From NCBI RefSeq assembly GCF_902713615.1, contig NC_052150.1, forward strand, positions 156,603,155 to 156,667,154: 64,000 nucleotides of DNA, given 5' to 3'. Of the stretch, positions 36,512 to 48,822 are shown piece by piece; the stretch's first letter is position 1, and the number at the start of each line of letters is the position of its first letter. The stretch comes from Scyliorhinus canicula. Lineage: Eukaryota. Position numbers and translations under genes: made by a program. Under the pieces are notes generated by a model. The model searched no databases and was not told where the DNA came from. It saw nothing but the letters and a program-made list of their open reading frames with translations.

Positions 36512-37098
36512 GGGCGGGATTCTCCAACACCCCGCCGGGCTGGAGAATCACCAGGGGGGATGGCGTTTAATCCCGTCCCGCCGTCCCGATGCCAGCTGCC
36601 GAATTCTCTAGCGCTGGGTATTTGACGGGAGGTGGGAATCGCACCGGTTGGCGGCCGCGAGCAGCGCCTCCCCTCCGGCGATTCTCCAGCCCGCGATGGG
36701 CTGAGTGGCCGCCCGTTTTCAGCGGGTCCTGCCAGCGTAAATCAAACCAGGTACGTACCGGCGGGACCTGGCTTTGCGAGCGGCCTGCGGAGGCCTCGGG
36801 AGGGCGCGAGGGGATCTGGCCCTGGGGGGTGCCCCAACGGTGGCCTGGCCCGCAAATGGGGCCCACCGATTCGCGGGTGGGCCTGTGCCATGGGGGCACT
36901 CTTTCTCTCCGCGCCAGCTGCTGACAACCTCCGCCATGGCCGACGCGGAGAAGAACCCCCCTGCGCATGCGCTGGGATGATTGCAGCGCATACTGGCACT
37001 CCCGTGCATGTGCCAATTCATGCCGGCGGAGGCCCTTTGGCGCCGGTTAGCGTGGTGCAAGCCCGCCGGTACCAGCCTAGCCCTTGAAGGTGTGGAGA
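36512..37098. mobile_element. Harbinger-type MITE, truncated at the right end
   Basis: Left TIR GGGCGGGATTCTCC. Colinear with 15934-16605 and 57758-58453. Confidence 0.75.
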
Positions 37099-37147
37099 GA
37101 TGAAGGCAGAGGTAATTAAAGTGATAGTTCAGCGTTTAAATTTAGAA

Positions 37148-37485
37148 GGGGCCTCACGGTAGCATGGTGGTTAGCATCAATGCTTCACAGCGCCAGGGTC
37201 CCAGGTTCGATTCCCGGCTGGTTCACTGTCTGTGTGGAGTCTGCACGTCCTCCCCGTGTGTGCGTGGGTTTCCTCCGGGTGCTCCGGTTTCCTCCCACAG
37301 TCCAAAGATGTGCGGGTTAGGTGGATTGGCCATGCTAAATTGCCCGTAGTGTAAGGTTAATGGGGGGATTGTTGGGTTACGGGTATACGGGTTATGTGGG
37401 TTTAAGTAGGGTGATCATTACTCGGCACAACATCGAGGGCCGAAGGGCCTGTTCTGTGCTGTACTGTTCTATGTTCTATGTTCTA
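37148..37485 (+). mobile_element. HE1-type SINE
   Basis: Near-identical to 16655-17002. Confidence 0.9.
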
Positions 37486-37499
37486 AGAGATGCCAGAGA

Positions 37500-40275
37500 T
37501 GCAGCCTGAGTTGTGGCAAGAATCATTGGAATTAGTTAAGATCCAGTTACAAATTAAAAATTACAACATGCTAATGAAATGAGACCGCTGAAATTAGAAA
37601 TGAAAGACAAGGAGAGTCAGGCAATGGAAGAAGGAAAAAGAGAGGACAGAGTAGGAAAGAGGGACAGGAAAAGAGAGGCAATGGCAAGGAAACAAGTAAA
37701 GAGGGAGAATTTGAACTTCAAATAATAGACCTGAGGAAGAGTGAGTTGGAACGGCATAGAGCCTTAAAAGGTTGGAGTTAAAGGCAGAAGTTGAAGAAAG
37801 GTTAAAGGGAGGGGTAACCCTTCCTAGTCCAAATTTTAGTGGGGATATGTTTAAATATGTTCAAGCACTGCCAAGGTTTGAGGAGAAAGATGTGGAAGCA
37901 TTTTAATTTCATTTAAGAAAGTAGCGAAACAATTTAATTGGCAAAAAATAATGTGGGTGTCGTTGGTTCAATCAAAATTAGTAGGTACAGCTAGTGAAGT
38001 GTTTATATCATTTTCAGAGGAGATATCCAGGGACTGTGATAAGGTGAGAAAAAGCATTTTAGGTTCATGTGAACCAGTGCTAGAGGCTGAGAGTCAGAAG
38101 TTTAGAAATATAAGGAAAGAACTAGGTCAGATGTATGTACAATTTGAAAGAATCAAACAAAATAATTTTGATCAGCATTAAAAATAGACCTAAATGGCGA
38201 AGCTCTTATGAAAATGATTATTCTAGAGGAATTTAAATATTCATTTTACTTCTTGCAGTAGTGAGAACTCATGGAAGAGCAAAGGGTTAAGATTGGGAGA
38301 CTGGCAGATGAAATAGTAGATGATTTTGAATAGTTCATAAATCAAGGTCTGGTTTTCAACATCATTTTCAGTCTGTGAAGGATAGAAACTGGGGAAATGA
38401 AAATCCACAGGTGGTCAAGGCACAGGAGATATTAAAGAGATTTTGCCTCAGGTTGAACAGGAACTCATGAGAACGGATGAGAGATAGGAAAACTCAGATG
38501 TTTTCATTCTAATAAAATTGGACACACAAAGTCGCAGCAGTGTTGGTGCTTTAAGAAAAGTACTGGGAAGAGACTCTTCAAAACAGGATAAGCCAGTGGA
38601 GTTTATTAAAGTGGCAAAATAAACCATGGTTGCAGCAGAGAGGTGCAATAGAGTGTACAGCTGGTTCAGAGGTTGGTTGAAAAGCAGGTGTCAAATCTTT
38701 TTAAAGATTTAATTTGCAACTTGTAAAATGGATGTGTACAAAGTGGAGTGGATCTTAAGGGATACAGGAGCAAGGGAATCTTTAATGATGAGAGATAAGG
38801 TGATATGTAGTTCAGAAGGAGTATTGCCAGAATAGGTGGTAATATATAGGATTAATGGTGAAGTGAGTACTATTCCATTATATAAGGTAAGGCTAGAGTC
38901 CAGTGAAAAGTGGTGAAACGGTGGTAGGAGTAATAGAGAAATTACCTTTTCCAAGGATGCAGTTTATCCAAGGTAGTAATATAGCTGAATCACAGTTGGG
39001 AATGATGCCTATTGTGGTTGAAAAGCCAGTGGAATGCCAAACGACTGAGGTGTTGCAAGAAGCATGTCCTGGGGTGTTTCCAGATTGCGTAGTAACAAGA
39101 TCATAAAATCATAGATTGAGACAGGAGGAGGAGAAATCAAGGAGTAAAGATAGAGAGGCTGAGGTTCAGCTATCCGAAATAATCTTTGACAGATAAAGAA
39201 CAAGCGCAGGTGGAGGGTGGCACGGTGGCACAGTGGTTCGCACTACTGCCTCACAGCGTCAGGGACCTGGGTTCAATTCCAACCTTGGCTGACTGTGTCG
39301 AGTTTGCACATTCTCTCCGTGTCTGCGTGGGTTTCCGCCGGGTGCTCCATTTTCCTCTCACACTCCAAAGATGTGCAGGTTAGATGGATTGACCATGCTA
39401 AATTGCCCCTTAGTGTCCAAAGGGTGCATAAATTGCCCAAAGGTTAGGTGTGGTTATGGGGTTACAGAGATAGGATGGGGGAGTGGGCCTAGGTATGGTC
39501 CTCTTTCAGAGGGTCAGTGTAAACTTGATGGGCCAAATGGCCTCCTTCTGCACAGTTCATGAAAGTTGATCGAATTGCAACAAAGGATTCAGCGATAGAG
39601 GAGTTGTATCAGAAAGCGTACACAGTAATAGAATGTGAGTGTATATCAGTGTGTTATTATGTTAGAAATAATGCATTAATGAGAAAATGGAGACCTTTAC
39701 CGATTCAGGCAGATGATAAATGGGCAGAAGTTTATCAAGTGGTATTACGGGTGAGTGATAGAAAGGGGTTTTGGTGGGTAGCGCAGTAGGGGGTCATTTA
39801 GCAGCGAGGAAAACTCAAACAAAAGCAGAAAAACATATTTATTGGCCTGGACGGCATGAGGTTGCAGTTGAATTTTGTTGTTCATGCCACGCATGTCAGG
39901 TGATAGGAAAACCTCAAGCGGTAATCAAGCCAGCACCATTAATACCCATTCCGGCATTTGATTAACCTTTTACTAGGGTCCTGATTGATTTCGGAAGGTC
40001 CCTTCCTTAGTCAAAAAATGGGAATCAGTATTTTTTGGCTATAATGTCTAGATTACAGCTAAGAATGTTGTAGATGAGTTAACTAAGTGTTTTACCAGAC
40101 ACAGACCACTAAAGAAAATCCAATCAGCTCAAGGATCAAATTTTATGTTGAGGTTATTCAGGGAAGTTATAGATAGCTTAGGGATAAAGCAATTTAAATC
40201 AACCGTGTATCATCCAGAATCGCAGGGAGCATTAGAAAGGTGACATCAAATTTTAAAGGCCATGTTGAGGGCCTA
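37500..40275 (+). mobile_element. Gmr1-like Gypsy relic (SCAN-like gag, protease, then integrase)
   Basis: gag LPRFEEKDVEAF...WVSLVQSKLVG...KFRN. Protease ILRDTGA at ~38750. Integrase GGHL...IYWPG...C.SC..CQ.IGKP and YHPESQGALER follows with no RT in between. HE1 SINE inserted at 39216-39555. Confidence 0.75.
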
Positions 40276-40932
40276 TAGTCACCCCCGTCACCCCCACCCA
40301 GCCCTGGAAGTGTGCCTCACACCCCCAGCCAGCCCGACCAGTGTCAGGACTGGCAGCCCACGATTGCGTCTCTGCAGTCCTGTCTCCTCTCTGTCCCTCA
40401 TCAGCCACAGCGCTTGTTTCCCGATTTTTAAAAAATAAATTTAGTATACCCAATTCATTTTATCCAAATAAGAAGCAATTTAGCGTGGCCAACCCAACTA
40501 GCCTGCATATCTTTGGGCTGTGGGGGCGAAACCCACGCAAACACGGGGAGAATGTGCAAAATCCACACGGAATGTGATCCAGAGCCGGGATCGAACCTGG
40601 GATCTCGGCGCTGTGAGACTACAGAGCTAACCCATTGCGCCACCGTGCTGCGTTTCCCGATTATTAAAAGCACAAATGACCTCGCCATCTGGAATCTCCT
40701 GTGGCGGAGGCGGAGCATCGTGGAGACCCTGGAGAATACTGGATCAGGCCCGCTAATGATATGCAAATGGCGTTTACTGTACGTATGGAGTGGGACGCAT
40801 TGACCTCACTGTCGAGGCACCGGAGAATTGCATTTTGGCACCCTGGAGCCCACCACAATTTCAGAGTCAAGACCGATTCTCCGCCCAATTGCCTTTCCCA
40901 ATTTCGGCGTCGGCCGATGAAGAATCCCATCC
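40270..40932 (-). mobile_element. Harbinger terminal fragment (with a SINE at 40427-40650)
   Basis: 40690-40932 is the reverse complement of the terminus at 61985-62230 (GTGCCTCGACAG motif, GATTCT TIR). Confidence 0.6.
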
Positions 40933-41380
40933 TGTATGTTTTCAAAAAGGAGTGAGATAAAACTCTTGGGGGAAAAAAGGGACCAAAGGATATGGGGGGA
41001 AAGCGTGAACAGGTTACTGAGGTGGTTAATCAGCCATGATCATAATGAATGGTGAAGCAGGCTTGAAGGGCCAAATGGCCTCCTGCTCATATTTTCTATG
41101 TTTCTATGAGTGAAGGGGCTATATTGAATTGAACAGTGTGTGATGCTAATGGTGCAATCGGTGGAATATGACATTTGAAGATACATTCCCTGAACTTCCA
41201 CTGGTCTAAGGCTACACTGCTGATATCTATTGTGATGTCTATCTGTTCACAGTGTCTGTTTGGAGTGTTTCCTGGTCCCCTGTGTATGTTGGACCTCTCC
41301 CCTCCTGACCATGATGTCAAATAACAATGGAACCCATTTTCTGCATGTTCTCTGCATTCTTATCACTTTTTTATATGTCA

Positions 41381-41726
41381 GGCAGCACGGTAGCATTGTG
41401 GATAGCACAATCGCTTCACAGCACCAGGGTCCCAGGTTCAATTCCGGCTTGGGTCATGTCTGTGCGGAGTCTGCACATCCTCCCCGTGTGTGCGTGGGTT
41501 TCCTCCGGGTGCTCCGGTTTCCTCCCACAGTCCAAAGATGTGCAGGTTAGGTGGATTGGCCATGATAAATTGCCCCTAGTGTCCAAAATTGCCCTTAGTG
41601 TTGGGTGGGGTTACAGGGTTATGGGGATAGGGTGGAGGTGTTAACCTTGGGTAGGGTGCTCTTTCCAGGAGCCGGTGCAGACTCGATGGGCCGAATGGCC
41701 TCCTTCTGCACTGTAAATTCTATGTA
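41381..41726 (+). mobile_element. HE1-type SINE (young)
   Basis: Near-identical to 61277-61630. Confidence 0.9.
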
Positions 41727-41949
41727 AAGGCTTGCTTCCAGAATGATTTCCAGCAACTGTCCCAGTCAATGTACACTTGCCCTAAAGATGCAGGCCTGCT
41801 TTCAGTAGTACAGCCTAGCTGGAATTCATACTAGCCTATCACAATTTTGTGTCCCCTGCTCAGGCACGCAGCCACTCAACAGTCACTTAGTGCTGGCTGC
41901 ACCCTTTGATCATTTAAATCAGCAGTCAGCACTAAATTTGTGTGTTGTC

Positions 41950-43080
41950 TACATCAAATGTTGGTTAATCACGCATCACAATCTTTCCCTGTTTTCTGAG
42001 GTTATTGGCAATCGGATTATACCCCCCAATGTCCAAACCTAATGTCCAAAGGGGCAAAGTTAACCCTTTCTTTCAGTTTTCCCTGTGTAACTCAGTACTT
42101 TGCTCTCCCACATGTGAAGCGATTCTGTTCGCCGACTACTATAAACAAAATGACAAATGCTGTGTCCTCCTTGTTTGCTCTTCGGTGTTCATCCTCCTGC
42201 ATCATCCCTTCCTCTTTTATTGACTTCTGTAACCAACCTTCTCTTGTTTCCACTCCTACCTGTTCCAATATGGGCAGGAATTCATCAATGGTTTCCTCTC
42301 CTAGCTCCATTGTCACTACGGGAGTACTTCAAACCTCCATCCTTGGCCCCCTCATTTAGATGTTTTTCCTCTGTGTCAATGTCCATCAGCATTAGATGTC
42401 GTTCCACACCTACGATAATAACACCAAGCTGTGCTTAGCTGCAAACACCATCAAGTTGACTTACACTGTCAGTTTCTGTCTGTTATCACATCATGGATGT
42501 GCCACTGTCAAGCCCAAAGCCATTCCACCAAAAATTCAGTACTCTTTGTCTCCAACTACACAACCCTCTATAGCTGCTTAAACAGGTTGAACCCAGTGGT
42601 GGACAATTTGAACTTGAGCTCACTTTCAAACCTTGTATACCTTTGTCAAATATACTTGCTTCCCTTATGCCCATTTCCACACTTACTTCCCTGCTGCCAC
42701 CATTGCAACTGTTGGCCACAGTTTCTAGTTTTACTTCTTTAACATTCTTTAATTCACCATAAACTATGAAAACTCTGTCACCCAGTTGCTGCCTGACTCA
42801 AATGTTTTCATCCTTGCCCCACAACCCCACAAACGTCTATCGGTTCCCCGTTCTCCAGTGGATTTAAGTCAAAATCATTGCTATTCAGAAATCACTTCCT
42901 ATCTTACATTCACAACCTCCTCAAGTCCTAACTTCCAGTTCATATCCTTGGGTCCTTTGACTCAGGTCATGTATGCATTTGCCCTTTCAACTTCACCACC
43001 AACGGTGACTGAGGTTTCAACCGCCTCAGCCCTAATGCCAAAACATTCCCCCTCTTCTGCCTCAATAAACTGGCTTCAGA
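41950..43080 (+). mobile_element. Ancient L2-type LINE RT fragment
   Basis: TTGVLQTSILGPLI (compare GVPQGSILGPLLF) and FHTYDNNTKLC (compare YADDTQLY). Confidence 0.55.
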
Positions 43081-46000
43081 GGAAAGCACCCGGAGGGGTG
43101 CTTGATCTGAGGTAGAGAGCCAATTAACTTGATTACTTGGTCAATTAATAGCTACCCCAGGTAGCATTTTACCAAGGCCAGGAGGGGCCGTCACCCCATG
43201 GACGGGTACCTTGGTGAGAATGGCCACACACTGTGGCCCAAATTTGCCATTGGAGAGTTCACTCCTCTGGACATTGGGGTCTGCCATTATGGCCCTGGCA
43301 AATTTGATTAAAAGAAACTTTCCTGGCCTTTGAGAAAACTCAAGATGGATGCACCCTCTTTTTCTTCCTGTTGCTTCCTCACCCCTACCTGTGGCGCTGC
43401 TGGGCTGATGACCCTTTAATCAGACCAACAGCCCTGAAAGGCAGGCTTCAATCCTCAAATCGAAGCTCACCCCCATTAAAATACCACACATGGTCCTGCC
43501 ATACACCCACAACCTGTTTCTGGTCCCAGCAGTGGGATAATCTTTCTTCTGATAATATTCAACTCAATGGCTGGGCTTCTCCAATCCTGCATTCCCAATC
43601 GGGCAGAGAATCCTGCACGGCCCAAAGATGGGATCGGCGCCAGGTGGCAGACTCGTCGCCAGTCTCCGGTCCTGCCTTGCCAGCCATAGCGGGATTCCCA
43701 CCTCGCATGAGCGCAAACATGCAAACAGCTCGTTTGCATTAATTTAAATGCGATTAATGGGCTGGAAGCTCAAATCTCCTCCCCCTGCCTCTCCTGATAT
43801 GTTCCATCTCTCCCAGCCGGGAGTCACGAGGGTGTGATTTGGTGAAGTGTTTCCAAACTGGGCCCTGGCTCCCTGGCCATGGAGGGGGAGCAAGGAGACA
43901 AATACCTTTTTCAGTGTCTTCGGGCTGGTTGGGGGGGGGGGTGGTGTATGACTGGAGGTCTGGGACTGTGGGGACCGATTTGATGGTGTGGGCTCAGGGT
44001 GCCCCCTTAGGAATCGGCGTGCCCATTATCTGAATGTCCCATTCCTGCTGTGAATGACTAGAAACTCACCCTTAGGTGTTACTTACAGGCTCCTGACTGT
44101 CGTCATGTAGATATATGTCTACCCCACCCATCTGGAAGCCATCCTGTATAATCAAGGGGATGGGCATGGCCATACAAAACTGCTGGACTACCAGGTATTG
44201 GGACTCCTCATTGCACTCCTTAGAGGCCCAGCTGCACAGCCACTAATCCCACACAAAGGGCACAAGCACTGGTGGCTGCTGGACCCTCCCTTGCACACAA
44301 CCTCTCTCAGAATAACAGCTCCCTGGTGAGACTATTAGCTAACCCACTCCTGAGGATCAGACAATCGCTCCACGTCCTGCAGGTCAAAGGCACCCATTGG
44401 TATCACACGTCTGGGTGTATGGACCCTGTACCCGACCAGGAAACCTGAACAGCTCCCGATCACAACCTCTGTGTTAAACCCAGGCTCCAAGGTACACATT
44501 CCTCAGTGACTCCCATCTATAGGATGTGCTCGCACACCAGTCTCTTAGCATAGAGCCATATGCCTGCAAAGTATGAACCACTGCATCACACAACCAGCAG
44601 CCACTGTTCTGGCGGTAAGGCACAAGGTTCACTCAATGAACACACCCACAGTAGACCCCATTGGAAGGACCAGGACAGGGGCTAGAGTACCCATTGCTTA
44701 CACCTGTTGTGGCAGTACCCCATTTGGCAGGGACGGGTGGTGAGGATAGAGACGTCCTATATCAAGGGCCATGTTCAAGTCGCTGATGGGGAGAGGGCTA
44801 CAGTGTCAAGTACATGCTGTAGAAGGGGCCGGGGGTGGGGGGAGCGGGTGTGTGACTTGGTGTGGGGGAAATGGTAAGGGTAGCTGAGCAGTCAAGCTCA
44901 GGATGGCCATGTCATTTGAGCGGTTTTGATGATCAAGGGAAGCATCACCTTGCTGCCACTCTCTGTCTCTGCCTACTCCTCCTGCACAGAAATAGAATTT
45001 GCAACTCAGCCTGCCATGCTAGCTATCTACCCGGCCCCACTACTGCCGGTGGCAAGAATACCAGGGACGGCCCAGAGAGGACCCTGCATTACAGGAGCCT
45101 GCGCAGAACAGCAAGGACCAGCCAGTGAGACTCAAGTGCTGGGTGTCCACCAGACCAAAGAGGAGGTACGAAGGTGACGCCACATCAGGCCACATTTCTT
45201 CTGATGCTCATCCGCCGAGGAGCTGCTGGACCACAAGTGCTGCCGTCGACTCCACCTCATAAGGAGACCGTGTGCCACTTGTGCCAGATAGTGGCAGACT
45301 TTGCGCTGCAAGGGTTAGGAGGAGAACACCTACTCTCAGTGGCCATCAAGTTGTTCGCTGTTCTCAACTTCCACATCTGTGGCTCGGTACCGGGCTCGAT
45401 ATATCCACACATCCACAAATATGCAAATATCCACACACAAGTCCATCCGAGATGTGGTGGATGCCCTATGCGTCCGGGCAGCTACCTACATCCACTTTAA
45501 CCTGACCAGGCCCAGAAGGATGCCCAAGCTTCAGGATTTTGCTGCTATCACTGGCATGCCCTCAGTCCAGGGGGTTATTGATGGCACAATGGTACCCTCA
45601 GAGCACCAGCTGAACAGAAGGTTCCCTTCATTAACAGAAAGGGGTTCCACTCTCTGAAGCTGTAGTTGGTGTGCGACCAGCAGGTGCACATCATGCATGC
45701 CTATGCACGACACCCAGGCAATGTTCACAACACATTCATTCTGGTGCACATTAATATTCCTGGACCCTCGGGTGTGAGGTTGGCGAGTGGGCAACAAAGC
45801 CTGCCACTTAGGTCAAGGCTGATGACACCTATGCAGAGGCACCAAACCGAGGTAGAGACCCATATAAGAACGCCTTGCAGCAACCAGAAGCATCATCGAG
45901 TGGTGCATCAAGTTTTTGAAGATGTATTTCTGTTGCCTGGACCACTCTGGTGAGGCTCTCCAATGCAGTCCACAGAAGGTCGTGCACATCGTGATGGTCT

Positions 46001-47664
46001 GCTGCAGCCTGCACAACATCGTGCAGCAGGGGGGTGACACATTGGACAAGTGGGGAAGAGTGACAGGCCTCGTTGCATGAGGACAGTGGTCCAGGATGAG
46101 CTAGGCAAGGACCTGGAGCAGGTTTGACAGGCAGTGCAATGAGTCCTTCAAGGCCGTCGAAACAGAGAGAACCTGATCACCTCCCGAATTGTGGAATAGG
46201 AGGCCAAAATACAGGCAGCTCCATCGCCTTCACCCCTCTACATCTCCCCCGCCCTCTGTCCCTTCTGTCCCATAGACCTTCCTCCTCCCACCTACCCCTT
46301 AGCCTTTCCCTCAGCTTTCCCTTAGCCTTCACCCCAACTTCCCCTTAGCCTTTCACCTTAGCTTTTCACTCCTTCCCATGACCACAGCTCCCCCTCCCCC
46401 CTTTGGGATCATCTCAGCAGCACAACATGATGCTGGGCCTGGGTTGGCAGTGTCAGCGGGTTTTTTCTGTGGGACAGAGGATGACGACTCACTGTGAGAT
46501 GAACTCTGGTGTTCCTCATGGTTTCTACTGCAATTGTATAGGGAAATGGTGGAATATTGTGTCATGTTTTGCTGTCCTTATCTGAGGACGGATGTCCTTG
46601 CTATGGAGGGAGTTCAGTGAAGGTTCACCAGACTGATTCCTTGGATGGCGGGACTGTCATATGAGGAGAGACTAAGTTGGTTACATTCATTGGAGTTTAG
46701 AAGAGTGAGAGGGGATCTCAAAGAAACTTATAAAATTCTAACTGGATTAGACAGATTCAGAAAGAATGTTTCTGATGGTAGGAGAGTCCAAAACTAGGGA
46801 TCATAGTTTGAGGATAAGGGGTAAATCTTTGAGGGCTGAGGTGAGGAGAAATTTCTTCACCCAGAGAATGGTGAATCTGTGGAATTCAGTGCCACAGAAA
46901 GTAGTTGAGGCCAAAAATTGTGTAATTTCAAGAAGGAGTTTGATGGTAATCAACTATTTTCAGATAGGTAAAAGGCTTTTTTAATGTGAATACTAAAGCC
47001 CAGTTTTAATACCCATTTTAAAATAAGGATTCCAGTATTCATAACCTTAGGTCATGACAAACACATAACTTAAAAACAGAAGCACAAAAGCCTGACACAT
47101 CCACAAACTAATTGGAGATAAAAACAACATTTGTGCTGACATTATGAACAAACTATTGTTCTAATGAACAGATTTCAAAGTTCACCATCAAATCAAATGT
47201 ATTTGATTCTCATCCAAACTAATTAGAACGACATAGATGGCTTCAGACTGATGAAATTCTCTTTAAACATGAGGGTCCGCACAGCCATTTTTATTCCGGG
47301 ATCATTCTATACTTTGATCTAACTATTCGCTATCTCTATTTTCATATTTTCACTTTTCCACTCTTGAGGTTCGCACAAGCTGTTTTGCCATAAGCAAGAA
47401 ACCATTTCTGTATTATTTTGAAAGTTAAATTGTTTATATGTTACTTCGCTTTAAGTCCTTTGCCAGCCGGACTTTATTGAGAATAGATTTAAGTTTCTCT
47501 CAATTGTAATCAAGTAGAGGCAATAAAAGATTCTTATTTGCATCCGAGACGTTTACTTCAAATTTCTACTGAGTATTAGTGTTGCGAGACTTCACTTAAA
47601 CCGCATGGCAGTTTTATATGTAGCTTTTGGGTCTAAAAGGATCAAGGGATATGGGGGAAAGGTG

Positions 47665-48822
47665 GGGTGCGATTCTTCGCTCTCCACACTGGGTGGGAGA
47701 ATCGCGGGAGGGCCGGGTGACTCATGACACGCCGCCCTGGTGTTGTATTTTATATTTTCCACGCGTCTTGACTGTGATAGAGAAATTCAAACAGCATTAA
47801 TTAGATAAGCAAAACTGAACTTTATTCACTAATTAGAACTGCTAGCAGAAAATGGCTGATACTTGGAGTCGGAAAGCAGTCAATTACAAACTGCTGAGTC
47901 CGTCCCAAGTCTGCGATAGTACAGAAGAATAAGGCGATTTTTATACATTATAGGATCAAGATAACATGAATACAGCTTGGTCAGGAATTTGATCGAAAGT
48001 AAAACATAAGTAATAATCGTTACAATGGCGTCACCTTGCTGACCTTTAGGGGACTTGAGTTTCATATCATTATCTTGTCCTTGTTTTAAGAAAGGGAAGA
48101 AGTTGTTTAGGAACAGGAAGAAATAGTTGTTCAGCTTGTTATGTATTAAGACTACTTCTAGCTCCAAGCCTTATCTAGACTCTCAGAGTCACCCAGTTCC
48201 CAAGACATGCTGTCTCTGTGTATTCTGTGCCTTAGGTTATATGAAATCAGTTTAAATTCACTTGTACCAAGAAAACTTGACTACTTTTCCCATCATGCCA
48301 TTATTTGCTTCACACAATACCGCACTGGCACCACCCGCGATTCTCTCACCCCCCACCCCGCTCGCAGAATTGCCGCTCGCCGTTTTTCACGGCGACCGGC
48401 GATTCTCCGGCCCATGCCCACCGATTGTCGGGCCGGCGTCTCCAAGTGACGCACTCTTTCCCCTCTGCCGCCCCGCAAGATCAAGCTGCCACATCTTGCG
48501 GGGCAGCAGAGGGTAAGACGGCAACCGCGCATGCACGGGTTGGAGCGGCAGCCGTCGTGATGTCAGCCGCACATCCACGGGTTGGAGCCGGCCAACCTGA
48601 ACATGCGCGGCTGACGTCACTTAGGTGCCGCCGTTCCGTCATTCTCGGCGCGCCGCCTTGACGCAAGCATCAAGGCCCGGCGGCCGAGATTTACGGACCG
48701 CTGCTCCTAGCCCCCTGGTGGGGGTGAATAGGGTGCGAGGAGCGGCCTCTGAGGCCGTCGTGAAACTCGGCTGAGTTCACGACGGCCTTCCCGATGCCGC
48801 TCGGGAGCGGAGAATTCCGCCC
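47665..48822. mobile_element. Harbinger-type MITE carrying a solo LTR
   Basis: TIRs GGGTGCGATTCT and AGAATTCCGCCC. Near-TSD GTG/GCG. Confidence 0.8.
47741..48324. mobile_element. Solo LTR (584 bp)
   Basis: TG...CA termini with a perfect 4-bp TSD CTGG. Removing it restores the MITE sequence GCCGCCCTGGCAC. Confidence 0.85.
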
